Source: the human T2T-CHM13v2.0 reference genome, Homo sapiens. Taken from it: DNA of 64,000 nucleotides. The DNA lies in NCBI RefSeq assembly GCF_009914755.1, contig NC_060935.1; one strand, 5' to 3'. A program made the translations under genes and the position numbers. Under the pieces are notes generated by a model that saw only the letters and a program-made list of their open reading frames with translations, was not told the DNA's origin and did not search any database. Numbering within the stretch: the stretch's first letter is position 1; each line of letters begins with the position of its first letter. Shown piece by piece: positions 1-15,932 of this stretch.

Positions 1-110
1 TTTCACAGAGGAGGATACTAAGATCCAGTTAGGTATAATGATTTCCCCAAGTTGCACAATTAAATAAAGGCAAATTCCGGATTTAAAACCAGGTTTCACA
101 ATCTACATAT
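1..110 (-). mobile_element. MIR SINE fragment
   Basis: tttcacagaggaggatactaag...ccccaagttgcac...ggatttaaaaccaggt resembles the reverse-complemented MIR core. Confidence 0.6.
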
Positions 111-172
111 CCAGCTTTTTTTAAATTTTAATTTTATTAAAAATTTTTTTATTATACTTTAAGTTCTGGGAT

Positions 173-1669
173 AAAATAACATATCAGGCATTTTATTGGA
201 CCACAGTGGAATAAAGCTAGAAATTAATACCAAGAGGAACTCTCAAAAGTATAAAAATACATGGAAATTAAACAATCTGCTCCTGAATAATCTTTGGGTG
301 AACAATGAAATTAAGGTGGAAATTTAAAAAATATATATTAAAGAAATAAAAATAGAGATAAAATATACCCAAATCTCTGGGATACAGAAAAAGCAGTGCT
401 AAGAGAAAAGTTTATGGTGTTAAATGCCTATGTAAAAAAAATAGAAAGATCTCAAATTAACGATTTAACATCACACCTCAAAGAACTAAAAAAAGGAATA
501 AACCAAACCCAAAGCTAGCTTAAGAAAGAATAAAGATCAGAGCAGAACTAAACAAAAGTGAGATAATAAATGCAATACAACTTTTCACAAAATGAAAAGT
601 GGGTTCTTTGAAAAGATAAACAAAATAGCCAGATTAACTGAGAAGGAAACACAGAATTTTCAAATAAGCAAAATCAGAAATGATAAAGGTGACATCACAA
701 CTAATAACCCAGAAATAGAAAAGATTATCAGAGACTACTATGAGCATCTCTATGAACAAATACTAGTAAAGCCAGAAAAGATGAACAAATTCCTGGAAAC
801 AAACAACCTCCCAAGAATGACCAGGAAGAAATATAAATCCTAAGGAGATCAAGAGCCAGTAGTGAAATTAAATTAGCAATAAAAAACTCCCCTCCCAAAA
901 AAGACCAGTGACAGAGGGATTCATAGCTGAATTTTACCAGATGTACAAAAGACAGTGGTACAAACGCTATTGAAATTGTTCCAAAAATCAAGGGGGAGAG
1001 AATCCTCCCTGACTCATTCTACAAAGCCAGTATCACTCTGATGACAAAGACAGGCAAGAACACAACAACAACAAAAAATTATAGGCCAATATACCTGAAG
1101 ATAGAGGCAAAAATTCTCAACAAAATACTAGCAAATTGAATCCAACAGCAAATTAAAAAGATAATACACCATGACCAATTGGGTTTTATCCAGGGATGTA
1201 AGGGTAGTTCAACATACAGAAATCAATAAATGTGATTCACCACATAAACAAAGTTAATAAAAAAAACTATATGATTATATCAACAGACACCGAAAAAGCA
1301 TTCAATAGAATTCAATATCCTATCATAATAAAAATCATCAACAAACTTAGCATCAAAAAACGAGCTTCAAGACAATAAAAGCCATATACAACAAACCTAC
1401 AGACAACATGGGGAAAAGTTGAAAGCATTCTCCCTAAGAACTGGAACAAAACAAGGATGCTCACTTTTACCACTTCTATTTAACACAGTATTAGAAGTCC
1501 TAGTTAGAGCCATCAGGCAAGAAGAAGAAATAAAAGGGATCCAAATTAGAAAACGGGAAGTCAAATTTTTCTGTTCACTGATGATATGTGCCTATATCTA
1601 GAAGACAATCCCATTACTGAGTATATATCCAAAGGGAAAGAAATCACTACATTAAAAAGACCTGCACTC
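173..1669 (+). mobile_element. Old LINE-1 (L1PB3/4-like), 5'-truncated ORF2 remnant, left part
   Basis: Degenerate ORF2 peptides ([36 protein letters not shown]). Internal deletion near 1606 jumps from the RT region to the ORF2 C-terminus (aatcccattactgagtatatatcc). Resumes at 4931. Confidence 0.85.
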
Positions 1670-4916
<3,247 letters not shown>

Positions 4917-4930
4917 AAAGACCTACACTC

Positions 4931-5160
4931 TTATATTGACTGCAGCACTATTCACAATACCACAGATATGGAATCAACCTAAGTGTTTATCAGTAGATAA
5001 TTGGAGAAAGAAACCGTGTGGAGAAAGAAAGAAAATATGAAAAACCTACTCGGTACATTCAGGTGACAGGTACTTAAAAGCCTAGACTTAACCAATGCAC
5101 AATATATTCATGTAACAAAACTGCACTTGTATCCCCTAAATCTATAAAAATGTTTTAAAA
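4931..5160 (+). mobile_element. L1PB3/4-like 3' end (right part of the interrupted old L1)
   Basis: aaaagcctagacttaaccaatgcacaatatattcatgtaacaaaactgcacttgtatcccctaaatctataaaaa is an L1PB-type 3' terminus. Confidence 0.8.
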
Positions 5161-5504
5161 CTTTAAGAAGTATAAGCACTAAACCAAAAAGTAAGTCCCA
5201 TAGCCTGTATCTAGGTACTGGAAATTGAACCCAGGTCTATTTTACTACAAAGACTGTGCTTCCTCACTACACTCTACTGTGCTATATATAATCACTTACC
5301 ATCCACCCTCTGAAGAATGAATCCTCTCCCACCTTTTTCACAGAGCCTGTTCTGACTACTCTAGCCCAAGCCATCTTCTTTGTTCTAAAATCTCATAGCA
5401 TTTTCAAATTTTGCTTTGTGAAATGTCTATAATGTTACAACTTTTACCTTCATGTTGGTATGTAGGTCCTTGTGAAGTTGTTTTCCTACTCAAAACCAGG
5501 TTGG

Positions 5505-5750
5505 AGAGGAGTACAAAATAGCAGTGAAGAGCTTGGACACTGGAGTCAGTCTGTCTGAGCTCAAATCCAAGCACAACTGATTTTTAATCTGTGTGACCTT
5601 GGGAAAACTACCTGATCTCTCTACGCCTCTGTTTCATCATTTGTAAAATGGACAATAGTGTTTAACACATAGAGTTGTTGGGAGGATTAAATGAATTCAT
5701 CTATATAAAGCTATCAGAACACTGTCTAGCACATTAGTCATTTAACTACT
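5505..5750 (+). mobile_element. MIR SINE, near full length
   Basis: ctgtgtgaccttgggaaaactacctgatctctctacgcctctgtttcatcatttgtaaaatgg...ggattaaatga. Confidence 0.85.
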
Positions 5751-6877
5751 GTGGACAGGAGTTTGCTATCTTCATTTTTTATAATACTCTTTCCAGACTT
5801 TGAAATTAAACCTTAGCGTTACGTCCATGGAAGCTCAAGGTAGATATGTAAAAGAACTTCCCATTAGGATGACGCAGTCACTGGGGTGGAGATTACCCTG
5901 GTTGCATAAGTTGACTCCAAGCCAACCCAGACAAAATGACCTAAAAGTAAAGCAGATTTGGCTGTGAATTATTAATAGTAAGAAAGGCTATTATAATGAC
6001 CAAATGTGATGTGTAGAAAAACTACTTTATAGATAATAACATAAGTGAATGTTGATTATTATTTGAAAGTGACAATATGATAGGCATCTCAAGAACTGGA
6101 TGCATCTTGTTCATATGGAATATAAACCTTACTTTCTCTGGAAATATGCAAGTGCTTCATTGATGACATCTGTGGACATGCCAAATCATTGTTATAAACT
6201 TTATGACAGCCAACTCCAAAAGAATTTATATGTTTCCACTAAATGAAAAAAATTCAAACATAAACTGATCCTTGTATCTTGAAAAAAATCAGGCACTCTA
6301 GGGAAGAAGCATGCCTTAAGGTCTAATTTCAAGAGCAATTTAAATTCTGGCGATTCATATGATTAGAATAAACTGGACCAAGCCTTGAAGCCAAAGAGTT
6401 CTTTAAGTATCCTTACATCTCTCTCTTGTGTTCAGAAATGGAAAACATTTCTCTAAAAATGCTTTTCTAAAAAGAAGCAAAAATCATCCTACCCAGTTTT
6501 TATGCAATCTACCAAACAGGTGAAAATTAACTTCTTCATACAATTCAGTCCATGCCGCAACACAAATGAAATGAGAACGCATTTAATCTTAGCATCCCTA
6601 TGTCACTCAAAGGTAAAAATGTGAGCATTTGTAGATTGCAATAAAACATGAATACAAAATGATGTGTATTCCCTCTTCAGTTCATTGTCCTCATTGTTAC
6701 AATTGTACCTGCTACAGAAACAAGAGCTTATTGTTCTCTTACATTCTAATTTTTACAATAGGCCATCTTATTTACTTCCCTTGTGCCTAAGGCAGTCCTT
6801 GGCATATAGCAGTCACTCGTAAATGTGGCTGAACCAGGGTATACAGCATCACCACCACTTCAATTCTTCCTGTGTCC

Positions 6878-7065
6878 ATGGTTCTCACACTTAAGCATGT
6901 ATAAATTCTTTGAGTCCTACTTTGAAAATTTTACTACGCTCACTCTCCCCTCAAAGAGATTCTGAATCAAGAGGTCTGGATTAGAACCCAGGGATATAAA
7001 ACTTTAAACAAACATTCTAGGTGATCCAAATGCAGGCATTCAGCAACTATATTTTGAGAAACACT
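6878..7065. mobile_element. MER5-family (hAT-Charlie) DNA transposon relic
   Basis: Termini catggttctcaca...ttttgagaaacact; internal agagattctga...ggtctgg...aggtgatcc. Confidence 0.65.
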
Positions 7066-7094
7066 ATCTTTTGGTTAATTTCTTAAGTATTGAT

Positions 7095-7320
7095 GATAAT
7101 GGCTAACATATATTTAACACACCCTCCTTGCCAAGGGCTTTAAATACATTTCGTCATTTAATTATCATGGCAGTCTATAAAACAGATTACTTTCATCACA
7201 TTTTGCAATGAGGTAATTAGGACTTGGAGAGGTTAAGTAATTTGTCCTAGGTTACAGCACTAATGGAAGAGAAAGAATACAAACCCAAGTCTATGGGATT
7301 CCAAAGCCCATAATAAATAC
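7095..7320 (-). mobile_element. MIR SINE
   Basis: atgaggtaattaggacttggagaggttaagtaatttgtcctaggttaca. Confidence 0.75.
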
Positions 7321-8292
7321 ACTTGGTTGCAAAGAGTAGGCTGCATGGGCTGCCAACAGTTGTCTTTAGCAACATATCGGTAAATGCCATCTACAAATTT
7401 GGCTATGAAAATTGATCAGTCATTCAGATAAATGACATTTCATCATTTGATAGCATCAACAGATATCTTGGATGATGGGTCAAAAAGGTCTCACATCCCA
7501 TCAGGCTACAAAACAACAACCTAATGCATTCAAAATGAGGCCATTCAGTTTTTAATGTCAAAAATAAGAGCTTTTATGTGGAATGACAAGGTATTTATTA
7601 GATACTAGTATTTGTATTCCATTAACTAAAATATGAAGAACAAAGATGGCCAAAACACATTTTATCATATTAAACATATTTCAAAATTTTAAAAATACAT
7701 ATTTTCCCTTTGCCATATTAACATAGCACAGATTAAAAACTGATATATTCATACAGACAGACCCCTAAACCTCTTCTTTCTCACCCTGTTTGAGGTCAGA
7801 GCCTTAGAAAGCACAAGGAATTCCCTTCCAGGTCACTCCAGGGTGTCCTTTGTCTCCTCTGTGATGGTGAAAACAAATGGTGGATTTTCAGCTTCACTGG
7901 AAATGGCACAGAGAAAGAAGGCTTGTGCCATGGTAGTGGCTGAATAACCTTTTAACAAGTTCTTAACCTTTCTTATCAATAAAATTGAAATACAAATATC
8001 CATCTTAAAAGATTATTATCAGGATTGCGTAAGTAAATTCAGGCAAAACTCTTACCAGAGTTCCTAGTAATAAATGGTGGTAGTAAGTATTGTGTTCTTG
8101 GTGTCTTCTTGCCCACTCATATCCATTTGCTTTCAGCCTTTCACTAGTACCACCTGTAAATCTAGTTGAAGTTGTACCTTCTTACTACATTGTGATATAC
8201 AAGGTAGCACATCAGTGGGATTAAAACTAAATATTAGATTAAGTCTTTCTGTCAAAGAATATTCTTTCTAAGGTTTCAAGAAGTAGGATATT

Positions 8293-8830
8293 GAATTACC
8301 ATTCAACCCAGCAATCCCACTATTGGGCATATATCCAAAGGAATATAAATAATTATACCACGAAGATACATGCATGAATATGTTTACTGCAGCATTAGTC
8401 ACAATAGCAAAGACATACAACCTAAATACCCATCAATGGTAGACTGGATAAAGAATCTGTGGTATATATACACCATGGAGTACTATGCAGCCATAAAAAA
8501 GAACAAGATAATGTCCTTTGCAGCAACCTGAATGTATCTGAAGGCCATTATCCAAGTGAACCAACACAGGAACAGAAAACAAAATACTTCAGGTTCTCAC
8601 AAGTGGGAGCTAAACATTGAGTATATATGGACACAATGCAAAGAACAACAGACACTGGAGCCTACTTGAGTGTGGAGAGTAGGAGGAAGGTGAGGATCAA
8701 AAAACTACCTATCAGGTGCTATGCTCATTACCAAGGTGATGAAACAATCTGTACACCAAACCCCTGCAACATGCAATTTACCTAGATAAAAAGCCTGAAC
8801 ATGTACTGCTGAACCTAAAATAATTTTTTT
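8293..8830 (+). mobile_element. L1PA16-like 3' fragment
   Basis: End of ORF2 plus 3'UTR (aaaactacctatcagg...ctgtacaccaaacccc...gaacctaaaataa). Degenerate TSD aagtaggatattga / aggtagaatcttga. Confidence 0.85.
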
Positions 8831-9599
8831 AAGGTAGAATCTTGAGTCCCCTTGGGATTGAATCTTTTCTCTAAAACTTCTCAGACACACTTTCACCACT
8901 TCTAAGCCTTTATACAGCTTCTCATTTCTACCACTTTTTTGCCAGTGAATCAGCAGGTGCTTACAATCAGGAAGTAATGACCTGCCTTATATATAATGAG
9001 CAGGGAGGAAATTAATCCCATCAAGACACAGGCTAGAAGGATGAGATAATTATCTACTTTTCCTTTTATTCTGTAGATTCGCAATAGCTGGGAACATACC
9101 TTCTAAAAAAGGATTCATCCTTATATACATTTATCTGTAAAAACTTGGGCCATAAACAACAGAAGATCATTTCTGTTAACAGTAGAAGAATACTGGACAT
9201 CAAATATTCTCTTAAGGAAAAGAGAATCAAAAACATCAATAGGTTTGTAAAAGGTAGCAATGCTGCTCTGGGAAATGTCTTCAAGAATATAGGAGGAGAC
9301 TTGAGGCACTGGCATATGTTTCCCTCTAACTTCATGCTTTTGTGCGGAGGAACCATGACTGTTACCTACTCTATCCCCAGCCCTAGTACATGCATGAAAA
9401 ACAGTATGTGCTAAATTTGAATTTGATTAATAAATGGAGGAACAAATGAACAAGTAAATCTAGAGAGAGATGCTCTATGGCAATAGGCCCTCACTGAAGT
9501 TACATTAAGCCTAATTTAGCCTAATTGAGATTACCATGCTCTCCTTTCCATTGTTTACTAAATTAGAACTAAAAGGGGAGGCAGGCAATCTAAGGAAGA

Positions 9600-10510
9600 G
9601 AAAATAGCAACAGGCAATAAATGCATGAGGATGTTCAGCCTTACACATGAGGAGTAACACAGGATATTCAAAATAAAACTAAAATGGGATGTTATTTTAT
9701 CTAAAAAGACCGGTACAAATTAAAAACTTGTATAGCATAAAATAGTGGTGCATATATGAGGAAACTGATATTGTTTTACACTGTTAGTGAAAATGTAAAT
9801 TTGTACAGCCACTTTGCAGGTTATCTTTGGCAATATCTCTTAAAATTTTAAGTATGTATACTCAGTGACCTAATAATTATAATTCTAGGTATAAGAAGAC
9901 TTACCTACATACTGAAGGATGTGTGTCTAAGGATGTTCATTGCATCATTCCTAAAATCTGTGAAAACTTAGAAGCAACCTAAATATTTAAATAGGAAATA
10001 GGTAGAAATGTGGTATAGCCAAACCACTTAATAAGCATGTATTCAGTCACATATAATGTGGTAAATCCAAATATGGCCAAATAGATCTTGAAAACATTTT
10101 ACTGACTGAAATAAGCAAATTTCAAAAAACCCCAAATTACAGAGTATACCACTATTTAAATAAGTTACTCTATCTCTTTCTCACATACACATATACTCAC
10201 ATATGCACACAACTGCACAATTATACTATATATTTTCTGAGAGTGTATATATATGCATATATGTGCATATACTCCCAAAAATATATAATTTTATGTATAT
10301 AGGTATGTGCATACACTCTTACACTCTCAGAAAATATATAATATAATTGTAATGTGCAAAAACCAAGGTCTGGAAGAACACATGCCAACTGATCACAGTG
10401 GTAACCTCTGGGAATAAAACTGATTAGGTGTTTTAATCAAGGGCAACTTGTCTACAATGAATTTAATTATTGTAAGTAGAATGTAGTCATGTGTTATTTG
10501 TGAAATAAAA
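9600..10510 (+). mobile_element. Ancient L1ME-type 3' fragment
   Basis: acactgttagtgaaaatgtaaatttgtacagccactttg, aaggatgttcattgcatcatt, aaggtctggaagaacacatgccaa. Confidence 0.7.
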
Positions 10511-12629
10511 ATTATACAAGGGGGATACAGGAACAGGAACAGCAACACGCCTTGCCATTTTACTTAGCAATTATATTTAGAGCTCCCCTACTTTGATGAT
10601 CTCAAGTCATCTGGTAAATGAATTTATTTACTCACACATTAAGCTTGTTGGTCAATCTTTCATCAAAGTAATAATGAATTTTTACCATGTGTCAGAAAGT
10701 ATGCTATTACAGCTAGAGATACACAGATGAATAAGGTATGTCCTGGATGTCAAAAAGCTTATCAGTCTTGCAAGAGTTTTGAAATTCCATTCCACATATG
10801 AAGGAATCACAGTATTTTTCCTCACTCTGGTAAGAAGCAACATGTATTTGGGTTAGTCTGAAAACTGTTGATTAAATGTACCACATGAGATCAAAACCAT
10901 TTAAATTAAGAATTACTGATACCTAAAAAATGGGTACATGCTGGCAAACACTTCCTGATGAGTTCAATTTTCAAGTTTCATTCAGGAAACAGCCAATTAA
11001 CTTTCTAAACTTTATTCATCCACCTGGAGGCAACAACCCGGAAATGGTTTGACAAGTCCTTCAGGCACCAAACCTGTCTCAAATTTCAAGAGTGATGCCA
11101 TGTGTCACAGACATAATCAAGGTCTGCCAGAGAAGTAACTGCCTTGAAGCATCAGCTTCCAAATGTGGTCCTCCTCACTGACGCTCAGCACCCTCTGGGA
11201 GACTAGTCATACTCTGGCACACTCAGCTAATCTATCTAGAGCATTCCTCTGCTAATTGCTAGGCAGGCGCATGTACATAAAAGGGACTACAGAGAAGCAG
11301 TAAAGGCCTCATTCAAACCACAGAAGCTCACAGATTCTCCTCTCTGGTACTTTAACGTTGGCTTGTCCCACAAACCAGAGTGAAAGATGACCCCTTGACT
11401 GGCATTATTTACCTTCCATTTAATATCTGCTGAGCTTTCATTATGTGCCTGGTACTGCATTTAGCACTGAAGACACAGACATGACCTTGTCCTCAGAAAC
11501 TCCCACTGTAATGAAGACACCCATTAATTCATTCTACATATATTTATTTAGTGTTGTGCTAATTACCAGGCACATAAAGATAAGCACCTCAGTTATTGAA
11601 CCTCAAAGAAATCACAATGTAATGAAGGGAAAGAGTTGCCAAAACCATGTCTCAAATATCTGTGTAACCACAGACTAGGACAATGCTTGGCACAGGCTCA
11701 GCAGTTCAAAGATTTTTGACTGCATGAGTAAAACCACATATGAAAAATCATGTCTGTACAAAAATATAATAACAATGATCACCATAAAAATGATATGAAA
11801 AAAGGTGTTGTGGTTAGGGTTAGAGTTTGGAAAAAAAGAACACCTGCGTTAAGGAGCATGTGAGTTAAGGTGATAAGGAAGACTCCTCATAGGAGGTTAA
11901 TGTTCATCTGGTATATGATTTCCTATTAAGAGGCCCACATAGGAACTAAAAGGAGTGATAGGAACAAATTTAGACCAAGACTGCTTTAAAAAGCCTATGC
12001 TAGTGGAGTTGTTTGGCAATAAAATTTCCAAGTGCCTGCTTCTTAAATTTTTTTATGTTGTGTCTTTTCTTCCAACTTATTTGCTGGAACTTGAAAAAAA
12101 CAGATATAAAGTTAAAAGCACAAAATTTAAATGCCAGTGAATGGAAAGTTGAACCTCACTCAATATTAATGCAAATCTATAGGTTAAAAATACATTTAAC
12201 ATCATAATTGTCAAAAGTTATACATAAAAATGAAAAATGTGCTACTGCACATATAATGTCATTTTTCAAGTTCAAAGCTGACACTATTTTTATCTCTGTG
12301 TGGGGAATATGTTCAAAGAAAAAGAGAAGAAAAAAGAAAACTCAAGTTCTTTTTTCCTGCGTTACATATGTAGACCAGTTCTTGGCTTACAGTTTCCATT
12401 TATATTTAGAGGGATAGTCTCCATTATATATGACCAAGACATGCCATCTCTGACTTCAACAAAACAGGGTTGTGCTGTCTATAAGAATTATTTTGCATCA
12501 TTCAACAATCATGTAGAATCCAAGAAGCTGTAAATGCTAACATGTTATAGTCCTGGGCTAATATATGGAATATTATTTTATTTCCATTTCAACTTTAATT
12601 CAGGTATTATTACCTTTTTTACATTTCCA

Positions 12630-13450
12630 TTTATTCAACAAACATTCATGGAACACCCACTGTGAGTCAGGTATTGTTCTATGGCCATAGTAAAAAACCG
12701 TGCAAAACAATATATCAAATCACTGTCCTCATAAAGCCTACTCTATTGGGGGAAATAAACAGGTAAGTTAATATCTAGTATGTCAAGTAGTGATAAGTGC
12801 AATGGAGAAAAATAAAGCAAGCTGAAAATGACAGGCAGTGTGTGTGGACTAGAGGAAGGGTAATATATAAGGTTATTGAGGAAGGCTCTGCTAACAATGT
12901 TTAATCTGACCTGAAGGAAGTGAGCGAACTAGTTATGTGAAAATCTGAAAGAACATTCCAGGCAGAAGAAAAAGCAAGTGTAAAGGCTCTGAGGTAGGAG
13001 CAAGTCTGAAATGCTCAAGGAGGACTGCATGACTGGAGTGAAGTGAAGGAAAAGGGAAAGTAGTAAGACATATAGAAGGGGTACATCTTGAGATGTGTAG
13101 GCAACAATAAAGACTTCAGCATTTCATTTTAGTGAGATGGAAACTCAGGTGAGGATTCACAGAGGACTGAAATAACCTTTCCTGTATTTTTACAGCAGAT
13201 TATTAGGGTCAAGAGCTAAAAAGCAGGGAAGACATTTTGGTAGGAGAAGAAGAAACAGGAGAGAGAGGAATGGTCTTGAAACCAAATAAAGAAATTTTTC
13301 AAAGAGGTAGGAATATTAAACCTTCATAGGTTAAGATGAGAACTGAGAATTCATCCACTGGATTTGTCAACATAAAAATTATTGTTAACCTAGCCAAGAG
13401 TGATTTGTCATAGTAGTAGAAACAAGATCCTAAATAAAATGCGTTCAAGT
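12630..13450 (-). mobile_element. L2 LINE (3' part), interrupted by the MER4 provirus; resumes at 18586-19170
   Basis: ttattcaacaaacatt...cactgtgagtcaggtattgttcta; cattccaggcagaagaaaaagcaagtgtaaaggctctgagg. Confidence 0.75.
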
Positions 13451-13452
13451 TT

Positions 13453-14086
13453 TGTAAACCAAAAGTATCTAAGACAGGTCTTAATCAATTTAGAAGTTTA
13501 TTTTCCCAAGGTTAAGGACATGCCTGTGACATGGCCTCAGGAAGTCCTCAGAACATGCACCCAAGGTAGTACAGCAAAAGCTTTCTTTTATGTGTTTTAG
13601 GGGGGGGTCTGAGACATCAATCAATACATATAAGTGGTACACTTGTTCAGTCTGGAAAGGCAAGACAACTGGAAGTGGGGAGATTGTTGCAGGGTGGCTT
13701 TCAAGTCCTAGGTGGATTCAAAGATTTTCTGATTGGCAATTGTTTGAAAGAGTTTATCTAAAGATCTGGCATCAGTAGAAGGGAGTGTCTAGGATAAGAT
13801 AAGGGATTGTGGAGAACAAGGTTTTCATTATGCAGATGAAGCCACCAGGTAGCAAGCTTCAGAGAGAGTAGATTGTCTTAAGGTCTCTGTTTTAATGTTG
13901 ATGCTGGTCACTTGGTGCCTGAATTCCAAGAGGAGGAGGATATAATGGGGCATGTGGACAACCCATTCCCATCATGGCCTGAACTCATGTTTAAGGTTAA
14001 CTTTGGAATGCCCTTGGCCAAGAGAAGGGATCAATTCAGTTGGTTGGGGGAGGCTTAGAATTTTTTTTTTTTTTTTTTGGTTTACC
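13453..14086 (-). repeat. MER4-type 3' LTR
   Basis: Direct repeat of 17972-18585; lies next to the polypurine tract. Confidence 0.9.
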
Positions 14087-14332
14087 TTATCCCCCTCTGG
14101 CCAAGATTTGCCAGAGGCAACATCAATGGCCAAACTTTTATTCTGTCCCATAGCATTTCCAAGGCGGCACAGCTGCCTGCTCTGGGTCTATCCTGTCCCT
14201 TGGTGGGACCGCTATGGCCAAGTGACTTTGAGCCAAAAGACCTATAGCTAATTTAAGTGTTCAAAGCCAGATGTGAATGGAGGTGGACAGGCATTCATCA
14301 AACCTTAAGATAGAAAAGCCAACAAATTAGCC

Positions 14333-14503
14333 AGCTTAGGTTTACAGGCATGTGCCACCACGCCTGGCTAATTTTTTGTACTTGTAGTAGAGATGGGGTT
14401 TCACCATGTTAGCCAGGATAGTCTCAATCTCCTGAGCTTGTGATCCACCTGTCTCAGCTTCCCAAAGTGCTGGGATTACAGACATGAGCCACCACACCTG
14501 GCC
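14333..14503 (-). mobile_element. Alu fragment (left monomer and linker, AluSc/Y-like), tail lost
   Basis: ctaattttttgtacttgtagtagagatggggtttcaccatgttagccagga...cccaaagtgctgggattaca. Confidence 0.9.
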
Positions 14504-15932
14504 CACTAGGTATCTTGATATCCTCTCAGTAATTTTCTTTCAGTTAGAAATTCCTTATGATTGAGACGGATGGAAAGGGGCCATGTAAAAACCCAGGAGG
14601 CAAAGTCCCTTATTTTGCCAGCTATTTAGGCATCTATGTGTCTATCCTTGATTTGAAGAATTTCAACTAATTGTATCCCTCAAAATTGGCCCTTACAATC
14701 TCACATGCCCACCTGTTCTGTGATAGTACCTGAACCAAGAGGGATAGGTGCTTTTATATTTTTAGTAGTGGGGTGGGGCATTAGCAATGAAAATAAACCA
14801 GGTCCAGTAAGATTTTAAAAGGTTTTAAATTGGGAGGATATCAGCTAGAAAGGAAAGAAGGTAATCTTTTCTTGTTTGTTTGTTTGTTTTCACTGATTTT
14901 GTAAGCTATATAGAATTAGCAATGTTTTTTAAAAAAAGGACATAAGCTTTGTCTAGTTTTGATAATGACAGGTAAAGAAAACTCATGGGTAGCTAAACAT
15001 TTAAATGATCTAATATTAACTCATAGAACAAATTATATTAATTTAGACAGAGGAAAAATTATTGAATTAGCATTCACATCTTTATATAGAGGCTTGGCTC
15101 AGTGTCATATGAGAGCAGTTTATTTTAGCTGTCATCTTCTCCCAGGTCTGAAGATGAGGCTTCGGTTAACTTGAATTTCATGCCAGATATTGGTGATGTT
15201 CAAGATTCAGTAGAAGTCAGTGCTCCTTTCTAGATGAGGTAGGTGTATGCAGAGTCAAAACACTGTAACTTAATACCACAAAGGGATAGTTAACAATATT
15301 TTATATAGACCCTTTTTAATGGGGCAGAGTGGAGTCTCTCAATTGTTGTCCAATCATCAAGCTGGAGGTGGTGTTTACTGTATCTTAGTTGGAAACCATA
15401 GAAGAATTCTGTAACCTTGGGGTGATTAATTTTTCTATTTGACAAGCCTCCAGCAATAAGTCTAAGTCAGAGAGTTAATTTAGGATTTGAATTGAGGATG
15501 TTTTTCAAAGATGTTAAAAAGGCTCAAAACATTTTATTAAAACTACATTATATAATAATAATTTGATAAAGAAGTTATGTGGGTATAAATTCTTAACCCT
15601 TTTAAAGTTTAGTTGATTTTTTTATAATTAAAAACCTAATAAAAACAAACAGGAATTATTTTGATAAAACATTAAAGCTTTGTTTCTTTGTCTAATTACC
15701 AAAAAGGAAAAAATAAAGACCCTCTGCAGTGACTTCTTTTCCTTATGCGGAGCCCATTTATATAACCTGAAAGTCAAACCTGCTGAAAAGAGCAATTGAG
15801 TTAATCAGACATGGGAATAGTGTGTCCGGCATCATGAGTAAACTCTATATTATAGCAGCCTTGAGCAGAGAATACGTGAGTCTTAGCAACAGCATGGGAA
15901 GTTGCCTGATTATATTGAACACTTAGGATATA

